Below, piece by piece: positions 54,681-64,000 of a DNA stretch of 64,000 bases; position 1 is the stretch's first letter; the number at the start of each line of letters is the position of its first letter. Source of the stretch: the human T2T-CHM13v2.0 reference genome, Homo sapiens. The notes beneath the pieces were generated by a model that was not told the DNA's origin, did no database searches, and saw only the letters and a list, made by a program, of their open reading frames with translations. The position numbers and the translations under genes are program-made. The stretch lies in NCBI RefSeq assembly GCF_009914755.1, contig NC_060928.1. One strand, given 5' to 3'.

Positions 54681-55475
54681 TACGGTTAGAAAATGGTAAT
54701 TGAGCTAGAGATCTCTCAAAGAAGACATACAAATGCCCAACAGTTATATGACAAAAGTCTTAATATCACTAATCATCAGGCAAATGCAAATTAAATCCAT
54801 AATGAGATATTATCTCACCTCAGTTACAGGATTTTATGAAAAGGATAAAAAAAATGCTGTCAAGGATGTGGAAAAAAAGGAACTTTTTCTGTTGTACACT
54901 GTTGGTACTAATGTAAATTAGTGCAGCCATTATGGAAAACAGTATGAAGGTTTTTTAATAAACTAAAAATAGAACTACCCTATGATATACAATCTCACTA
55001 AAGGAGATATATATGTATATATATATATATGTGTGTGTGTATAATATATATATGAAAGGGAATTAGTATACCAAAGAGCTATCTGCATCCCCATGTTTAC
55101 TGCAGCACTATTTACAATAGCCAAGCTATGAAATCAACCTAAGTGACCATCAGCAGATAAAAGAATAATGGAAATGTGATGTACATACACAATGGAATAC
55201 TGTTGGACCATAAAAAGGAATGAAACTTTGTCATTAGTGGCAATACAGATGAGCTTTTAATATATTAAGTAAAATAAGCCAGGTACAGAAAGACAAATAT
55301 TGCATGCTTTCACTCATATGTAGAGGTTTAAAAAGTTGATTTAATAAAAGTAGAGAGAATATGGTTACTATAGACTGGGAAGGTTGAGGGGAGGAGGAGT
55401 TAGTAAGAGGCTGGTTAATGAATACAAAACTATAGCTAGATAAGAGAATTAAGTTTTAGTGTTCTATAGTATCTT
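52345..55475 (+). mobile_element. L1M 5' fragments (52345-53200; 53210-54570) followed by an L1MA 3' end (54575-55475)
   Basis: caagatgg...gactagaagc 5' start at ~53228; ORF2 end and 3'UTR (ggttaatgaatacaaaactatagctagataag). Confidence 0.65.
53390..53740 (+). mobile_element. THE1B/C solo LTR
   Basis: tgatatggtttggctg...gactaataca; TSD gtcat/gacat. Confidence 0.92.
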
Positions 55476-55716
55476 ATTACATGTAACATGGGTGTCTTTT
55501 ATTTCTTTATCTTGCCTGATTACTCTGGCAGGACTTGCAGTCCTATGTTGAATAGTACTGGTAAGAATGGACAACTCGGTCTTATTCTTGTTCTCAAGAG
55601 GTGTGTTTTTTGCCCATTCAGTATGATATTGGCTTTAGATTTGTCATAGATGGATCTTATGATTTTGAGGTATATCCCTGTGATACATAGTTTGTTGAGG
55701 ATTTTTATCATGGAGG

Positions 55717-56268
55717 TGTTTTAGTCAGGATTCTCCAGAGGGACAGAATCAATAGGATATATTTATATATAAGAGAGAGTTTACTAGGGAGATTTGGCTC
55801 ACATAATTACATGGTAAATTCCCATGATAAACCACCTGCAAGCTGTGGAAAGAGAGAAGCCAGTAGTGACCCAGTTCAAGTCTGAATGCCTCAAAACCAA
55901 CAGTACAGCCTTCAGTCTGTAGCCAAAGGTCCAAGAGCCCCCAGGAGGCCACTGGTGTAAGTCCCAAAGTTCAAAGTCTGAGGAATCTGAAGTCTGATGT
56001 CCAACGGTAGGAGAAGAAGCAAATGTCCAACATGAAGAAAGAAGGAGCGAGAAGACTCCCCTTTTCTGCCTACTTTGTTCTTGATGCACTGGCAGCCAAT
56101 TGGATTGTGCTCACTCACATTGAGGGGAGTCTTTCATTCCCAGTCCACAGACTCAAATGTAAATCTCCTATGGCAACACCGTCACAGACACACCCAGAAA
56201 CAATATTTTACCAGTCACCTAGACATTCCTCAATCTGGTCAAATTGACAACTAATATCAGCCATCACA
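55717..56268 (-). mobile_element. MLT2A/B (ERVL) solo LTR
   Basis: tgttttagtcaggattctccagagggacagaa...tcagccatcaca. Confidence 0.88.
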
Positions 56269-57948
56269 GAAGCAATGCTGGGTTTTATCAAAAGCCTTTT
56301 CTGTGACTTTTGAGGTTATCATATGCTTTTTGTTTTCAATTCTGTATATGTGGTAAAGTACATTTATTGATTTCCATATTTTGAATCAACCTTGCATTGC
56401 AGGAATACAGCCTACTTGAATTACCTCTTTGATGTGTTGCTGGATTTGGTTTGCTAGTATTTTGGGGGGGATCTTTTCATTGGCCTGAAGTTTTCTTTTT
56501 TCACTGTGTCTCTATGAGCTTTTGGTATCAGGACAATGCTGGCTTCATAGAATGAGTGAGGGAGGAACTACTCTATTTTTTAAAATGTTTTTAGTGCAGT
56601 TGGTACAAGTTATTCTTTGTTTGCCTGGTAGAGTTTCACTGTAAATCCATCTGGTTCAACGTTCTTTTTTGTTGGTAGGTTTTTAGTCACTTATTCCATT
56701 TCAGAATTTATTATTGGTCTGTTCAGGTTTCAGTTTCTTCCTAGGTTCAAACTTGGGAGGTGGTTTGTCTCCAGGAATTTATTCATTTCCTCTAGTTCCC
56801 CTAATTTGTGTGCACAGAAGTGTACATGATATTCTTTGAGGATATATTGGGTTTTTGTGGGATCAGTTGCAATGTAATCTTTGTCATTTCTGATTGTGCA
56901 TATTTGGATATTCTCTCTTTTTTTCTTTGCTAATCTAGCTTATGGTCTACAATTTTGTTTGTCCTTTCAAAAAAACCAACTTTTGATTTCATTGGCCTTT
57001 TGTATGGATTTTTGCATGTCAGTTTTATTTTCTCCTCTGATTTTGGTTATTTCTTTTCTTCAGGTAGATTGTAGGTTGGTTAGATCTTGTTTTTCTAGTT
57101 CCTCTAGATGCAATAATAGATTAGATTGTTAACTTGAGATCTTTCTAACACCTTGATGTAGTTATTTAATATTATGAAATTTCCTTTTAATGCTGCTTTA
57201 GCAGCACCCCAAAGGTTTTGATATGTTGTGTTCCTTTCCATTTATTGAAAATAAATTTTTGATTTCTACCTTAATTTCATTTTATGCAAAAGTAATCTAG
57301 GACCAATTTGTTTTATTTCCATGTAACTGTGTGGTTTTGAGAGATCTTATTGTTATTGATTTATATTTTACTGCACTGTAGTCTGATAGTGTGCTTCATA
57401 CAATTTTCACTTTTTTGAATTTATTGAGACTTGCTTTATGTTGGAGCATGGTTGAGCTGGGAATATGTTCTATGTGCAGATGAGAAGAATGTACATTTTG
57501 GTGTTGTTGGGTGGAATATTCTATAGATGCCTATTAGGTCCACTTGATCAAGTGTTGAGTTTATGCCCAGGATTTCTTTGTTAGCTTTCTGCCTTGATTA
57601 TCTGTTTAACGCTGTTGGTGGGGTGTGGAAGTCTCCTATTATTATTGTATAGCTTCCTACATCATTTTGTAGCTCTAGAAGAACTTGCTTTATGAATCTG
57701 GCTGTTTCTGTTTTGAGTGTGTGTGTATTTAGGATAGTTAAATCTTGTTGATTAAAATGTTTATTATTATGTTATGCTCTTTGTTCTTTTTGACTATTGT
57801 TGGTATTAAGTCTGTTTTATCTGATATAAGCATAGCAATCTATTTTTTTTTTCTGTTTGCACAATAGATATTTATCCCTTTACTTTGAACCTGGGAGTAT
57901 TGTTACATGTGAGATGGGTCTCTTTAAGACAGCAGGCAGTTTGGTCTT

Positions 57949-57980
<32 letters not shown>

Positions 57981-58841
57981 ATCCCACTTTCCACTCTATG
58001 CCTTTCAAATGGGGCAAATAGGCCATTCGAGATTAATATTAATATGAGACTTTGATCCTGTCATCTTGTTAATAGCTGTTTTTTTTTTACTTTATTTTAT
58101 AATTGCTATTTATTGTCTGTGTGCTATATGCTTAAGCATATTTTTGTGGTGGCAAGTATCCTTCTTTTATTTCCATGTTAGTTATTTCATTCTCTTATGA
58201 AGCTTATGAAGCTCAGTTTGATGGAATATGAAATTCTTGGTAGGAATTTCTTTTCTTTAAGCATGCTGAAAATAAGCCCCAGACTCTTGGCTTTAAACAT
58301 TTCTACTGAGATGCCAGCTACTAGCTTCATGGGGCTCCCTTTGTAAGTCACCTGGCGCTTCTCTCTAGCTCCCTTTATGAGTGTTTTCTTTCATGTTGAC
58401 TTTGGAGAATCTGACGACTAGGTGTCTTGTTGATGATCATTTTGTATAACTCTGGGATCATTTTGTAGACATCTCTGGGAAATAGGAGTTCTCTGAATTT
58501 CTAGAATTTGCATGTTGGCCTCTTTTTTGAGACTGGGAAATTTTTCATGAGCTATATACTCAACTATATTATGCAAGTTTCTTATTCACTCCCCTTCTTC
58601 CTCAGGAATGTCAGTGAGTCACAGGTTTGCTCTCTTTACATAATCTCATATTTTTTGGAGGTTTTGCTTTTTTAAATACTTTTTCCTTTGTTTTTGTCTT
58701 ACTGTATTGATTCACAGGACTAGTCTTTGAGCTCTGACATTCTTCCATCAGCTTGTTATATTCTGTTGTTAATGCTTCCAATTGTATTACAAATTTTCTG
58801 TAGTGAATTTTTTAGTTCTAGAAATTTGAATATGGTTCTTT

Positions 58842-58992
58842 TTATTAATTTTATTTTTTATTTTTTGATATTTGTAGAGACAGGGTTTCACTATGTTTCC
58901 CAGGCTGCTCTCAAACTCCTGGACTTAAGGGATCTTCCTGCCTCAGCCTCCCAAAGTGCTGGGATTACAGGTGTGAGCCACCATGTCCAACC
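58842..58992 (-). mobile_element. FLAM_C
   Basis: Antisense monomer with TSD tggttcttt (58833-58841 and 58993-59001). Confidence 0.9.
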
Positions 58993-59594
58993 TGGTTCTT
59001 TCTTAAAATGACTGTATTGTCTTTCAACTCCTGGATTTCTTGGATTGGGTTTCAGCTTTCTCCTGCACCTCATTGAGCTCCCTTGCCATCCAGATTCTGA
59101 ATTCTGTCTGTCATGCCTGCCACTTCAATTTGATTAAGTACCACTGTTGGGAAGCTACTACAACTATTTAAAAGTAAGAAGACACTCTGATTTTTAAAAT
59201 TGACGTAGTTATTGCACTCATCTAAGAGGGCTGGTTTTCCTTTATTATTTAGAATTTGCTCTTGCTTGAGTGGGGCTTTTGGTTTTCATGTTCTTTAATT
59301 CCCTTGAAGGTTTGACTGTGAGGTGAGTTGAGTATAGTTGAAGCAATCACTTCATTTAACACTTCCTTAGGAGCCATTCAGGGCCAGGAATGAATCTTGG
59401 CAGTCGGCAATCCAACGCAGGGCTTGCAGCTTTCTCCCTCTTCAGCCTTGGTGTCTGTGTTGCCTATCGACTTTCAGTATTTTGTCTCAAAAAGATCTGT
59501 TTGAAGCATGTTAATTTATTCTAAGTTTTGGTCTCACTCAGTGAGTGAGGCTCTTAATGGATGTGTTTAGTCAAACATTTTGTCCCAAATCCCC

Positions 59595-59830
59595 TGTAGT
59601 AAGTTTTTAAATCAAGAAGTGTGAGCACCCCAACTTTTTTCAAAAGTTTTAATTCCTTTTTAAGATTGTTTTGGCTACTCGAAGTCCCCTGAGATTCCAT
59701 AGATATTACATGATAAAATTTCCTGTTTAAAAAAATGCTGTTGAAATTTTGGTAGATAGTGCATTGAATCTTTAAGAAATTTTGGGTAGTAATGTCATCT
59801 TAACAATATTAGCTGTTCCAATCTTTCAGC
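59595..59830 (-). mobile_element. L1M ORF2 fragment
   Basis: aagattgttttggctact...gcattgaatc...catcttaacaatatt. Confidence 0.65.
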
Positions 59831-62084
59831 TTTATACGTTACATCATAGAGTCATATTTACCAAATATATTTTATATTAAATGTTATTTTACATTTACGA
59901 CATCTCTGGGAAATAGATAGCATTTGCCAAAGAAGAAATAGGTTCACTGTGGTGAAGAGAAAAAAACCAAAGTTGCATAGTAAGAAATGGGGTGAAGGTT
60001 TTGGCTTTATAACCTACCCACTAAAACAAGAACTCCACATATTATATATAATCCCATAAAAAGATTGCAAATTCTGTCTGAAAATAGATCTCCAGATAAT
60101 ACCCAATCTAATATTCAAACTGAAGTATCTTGAAATACACTTAGATTTTTTAGTGTGTAGCTTGAGTCTTCACCATTACTGCTTTCTAAACTTTATTTCA
60201 TAATTTATGTGAGGGTGGTCATCTTGTCATGGTGAAAAAGATAGCTTTATAACTTATCAACTAAAGACCTCAAGATTAATCTTCAGGTTAATGTATATGC
60301 AATTATTATTTCCACTAATCTTCTCTATCACCTTGACTCCAGATAGACTTATTTATCTCTCAAAATAGGAGGTAGCAGGAAACTCTTTCCCTAAACATTT
60401 TGTGTGATTCATTTCTTACTGTTGCAATGGGAATTTTGTTTTAAAACCTTGGAGGAAAAGATGGTGGTAACATGTTTTCTACATAGATCTTAGAAAAAAA
60501 TTCTCTCTAATTTATTGGTTAAAAATCTATAAGGATATAACCTTTGACAAAATAACTCTTAAACAATAGAAGGACAGGATTTAGAATTCAGACATCTCCC
60601 TGGTGGTCTTTTATTGTTGCCACAGGCAGAAAGAATAGCTGGAAGGCATTTCTGAAGCTTTTGAACAGATAATTACTTATTCTAATATCACAATATTATT
60701 GTTTTACACCTAAATAGCAGATCTTACTCTTAAGAGCCAATTCTATCTAAAATTAAAGAGTACATGTCTGAACTTTTGACACAGACATTTTAAAACACAG
60801 TAAAATAATTATTGCTATAACATTGACAAGCCTTGACTCATCTTTAGAATTTTTAAAAGCATGCTTTCTTTCTTTGTGTAGAAAATCCATTCACATTATT
60901 TGACTTCTTTGAATTTTTATTACTATTAATTACACTAGTGTAGTACAGTGATAACTTTTCTGGTAAAGTATTGCCAGTTGTGACAAGTAGAGAGTAACTG
61001 ACATAACTAAATGTGTTTCCCAAACTGAATTTGCTTAACTTGTCTTCTCATTATTTGTTTTGGTGCTGGTTGTCACAGTTTATATGTTGACAGTCATAAT
61101 TACATTCAAAAGAAAAGAATATCTTAACAAATGTATTAAGATTTTGTAATTACCTATATGTCTTTTATATATATATATATATTCCTATTGCTGAGAGACT
61201 TGAGTGGTATTTGTCTATATCTTTCTGGAAGTTAAGACCTATAAAAATAGTGTCAAGCATAATATCTTACACCATATTTACTTCGTGATGAAATTTAATT
61301 TCCTGATTCTGACTCTAGAGAATAAGGAAACTACAAATATTTGATCGTGTCTGGTTAGCATTCTATTTTGCTGCACACTAAAGTAAATTTTTAAAATAAC
61401 ATGCAAGCAATGATAATTATTCTCACAGAATCAGTGCAAAAGTTTCACAGAGGAAAACTACTTGGATATTTTATAGATATGATTACTTAGGTCAAAAAGA
61501 TTAAATGAATTGGCTTGGGGTTATGTTGCATGCTCATTGGCAGTTAGAATACCTCAACTCTCTACCCATACTTGGGTACTGAGATTTCTTTTTTTATTTA
61601 AGATTTCCTCTAAGTAAAATTCCAGGGAAGTGTATTTTTCCTTTTATTTCCTTCTGTATATTTTTAATTAATTTTAGCCAAACTTACAAAAATATTTCAA
61701 TTTCTGGTAGGTCCTACACTAGATAATGAGCAAAATATATTTCTATGCTTACCCATTTCATTTACAAACTGAATCATCTCAAGATGTTCCTTGACAATAT
61801 TTAATTAACAATATTCTCTGACTATTCATAGTAAGCTATTTACTTTTATTTCACCTCCATTTTATTTATTATTTTATTTTTAGCATACTGACAGTTTTCC
61901 TTTAGAAAGAGAGATTGTATAACACTGATCATAGGAAGAGATAGTCCATTAATGAACATAATTCAAAATATATCTCACTATTCACCATATTAAACCAACT
62001 ACAAATTTTGCATGTAATATGCTGCAAACAAGGATGCCAAAGTTTTCCCAAACTCATAAGCCCATTTTTAACCCCCTGTGAGGT

Positions 62085-63060
62085 CTTTTTACCCAGAAGT
62101 AGAGCCTGAGATCAGGATTTTTGGGGGAGTGCCCTCAGGAGAAGTTGAATAAAGGAAGCACAGGAAGGTAGTGTAGGAAACTAAGCAAGAATGTGGCCTT
62201 GGCTACATTGAGGTTGGTTCCACGGGAATAACCTGGAGTGCAAATAGCACTAAGAGTAAGGCTCACTTTTAGAACAGAAGGACTCCTTTTGTATCACGGT
62301 CAGTCAAGGCTGAGGGATATCCCAGTGTGTATGTGGAGTATAGCATTGTAAGCAAAATGCTTCCAGTTTGGCTAATTACTATTCTCCAGAAAAGGTAGCA
62401 GCTATGATTATTTATCAGCCAACACTCACAGCAGCTGGAAGATGGTTGGCTGAAACGTGAAAGAAATTTGGGTGAGGCATCAACACCCACTTTCTGTACC
62501 ACATAGTTATACTTGTTTCTCAGGCTAAGTTACACACCTGAGGCAAAGCTTTTTTTAGGTTAATGATGTACTAAAGAGGCTTAGTGGAACAAACTATAGG
62601 CTCTGTCTCTCCAGTTTTCTCCAATGCTTTAAAAAAAATTCATCATTTCCCTTCTCCACTACTCATACTAGATAACTTTTAATCTCAACTTTTAATTTTA
62701 TTTCCATTAGTTCAGGTGGTTTGTCAGGTGGGTTGCCCAGATCTTCATCTCTGAGGACTTTAAGTTCCTCAGTGTCATGCTCCTATCAAGCTATGGTTGT
62801 TGTATTTACACTTAAAACTGGGCATGAGTGTTGCAAGAGGTATACTGGAGGACCACATGAGTGGCTAACGTATTTCTCTATATCCCCATTGTAGAGCAAC
62901 AACCCCATGAAGATAAAGGTCAATTACCATTGCCAGTATGCTCCCTCCTTTATTTGATGGTTGGTCTACCGGGATGAAGAAAAGAAACTGTCCATAGTTT
63001 TAGATTCACTAGGAGTTGGATTATCTTTCCTTATGAAAACATTCCTCCACCCCAAACATG
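62085..63060 (-). mobile_element. Old MLT1 (J/K-like) LTR plus internal remnant
   Basis: cagaagtagagcctgagatcaggattt...gtaccaca followed by MaLR-int-like sequence. Confidence 0.5.
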
Positions 63061-63084
63061 TGACTAGTGCCTCTATTATCCCTG

Positions 63085-63448
63085 AAACCATTGAAGCTGA
63101 TGGTGTAACTCTGTCTGAGAAAGTCAAGGGCTGCTAGTGCAAATCTCAGAGTCCAAAGGCCAGAGAACCTGGATCTCTGATGTTTAATGGCAGGAGAAGA
63201 TGGATGACCCAGCTGCCAAAGAGAGAGGGAATTTACCCTTCCTTTGCCTTTTTTGTTCTTTCTGCTCTCACAGCAGATTGGATGATCTACTCCCCACATT
63301 TGTGAGGGTTGATCATCTTTACTCATTCTACTGATTTAAATGCTAATCTCTTTCAGTAATCAGCTCACAGACATACAGAACTAGTATTTTGCCATCTCTC
63401 TGGATATCCCTTAATTCAGTCAAGTTGACATAAAATTAACCATCGCAG
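63085..63448 (-). mobile_element. MLT2-type LTR fragment
   Basis: gaagctgatggtgtaactc...caagttgacataaaattaaccatcgca. Confidence 0.7.
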
Positions 63449-63614
63449 AGAACAAAAAAGCAATAAGCAAACACATAGCCAAAATGGATGTCAATATTAA
63501 TCAGCATGAAATAAAATATTGCTCTTTTCAGGTGGCTCTGGGTCAGATATAATTAGATTTCCACCCAGTACCTAGTAACATATCAGGGGTTTATTGTTGT
63601 CACATTTCCCCCCT

Positions 63615-64000
63615 ATTTTTTTAATTGAAGTGAAATTCTCAAAGTTATAAATTTTAAAGTGAAACATTGAGTGGCATTTAATGCATTCACAGTACTGTTT
63701 AACAACCTCCTGTCTCTAGCTGTCACACATTTTCATCACACTAAAAGTTAAACCTTGTGCCCATTAAGCAGTTGTGCCCATTTTTGCCATCTATTCCTAT
63801 CCCTACATAACCAACCATCTGCTTTTGTTTCTGTGAATTCACTTCTTCTGTATATTTCATATAAATGAAATCCTGCAATATGAGACTTTATGTCTGGCTT
63901 TTTTTCATTTAGAACAGTGTTTTCAAGGTTCTTCCATATTTTAGCATGGATCATTATGTCATGCCTTCTGTGCTGAATAATATTCCGTTGTATGTACATA
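63615..64000 (-). mobile_element. L1MB/ME-type 3' end, runs off the window
   Basis: attgaagtgaaattc...attttaaagtgaaacattgagtggcatt...tatttcatataaatgaaatc. Confidence 0.75.

Larger units (their letters stand above)
55485..59585 (-). mobile_element. L1PB/L1MA-type ORF2-ORF1-5' fragments
   Basis: ORF 55520-55711 is ORF2p-like ([15 protein letters not shown]); long T-rich antisense L1. Confidence 0.8.

Overview
Primate (catarrhine, probably human) AT-rich, repeat-dense intergenic or intronic DNA. I found no host protein-coding exon, RNA gene or CRISPR array. The centrepiece is a near-complete ERV9/HERV9 provirus (25626-35826, + strand) with LTR12-family LTRs, a tRNA-Arg PBS, disrupted gag/pro/pol/env, a polypurine tract and a 4-bp TSD (CTGG), inserted into an AluY. 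Around it are many L1 fragments of different ages, Alus/FLAMs, a complete THE1 element with TSD, MLT/MST/MER LTRs, MER75 and MER58 DNA transposons, MIR and L2. The L1s include a 5'-inverted L1PA and an ORF1/ORF2 microhomology chimera. The most intriguing signal is an intact 53-codon ORF with two hydrophobic segments in the pol-env spacer (32775-32936), too short for the supplied ORF track. It is a candidate Vpu/viroporin-like accessory microprotein of ERV9. Subfamily names come from recalled consensus sequences and boundaries of old repeats are approximate; RepeatMasker/Dfam would be needed to confirm them.
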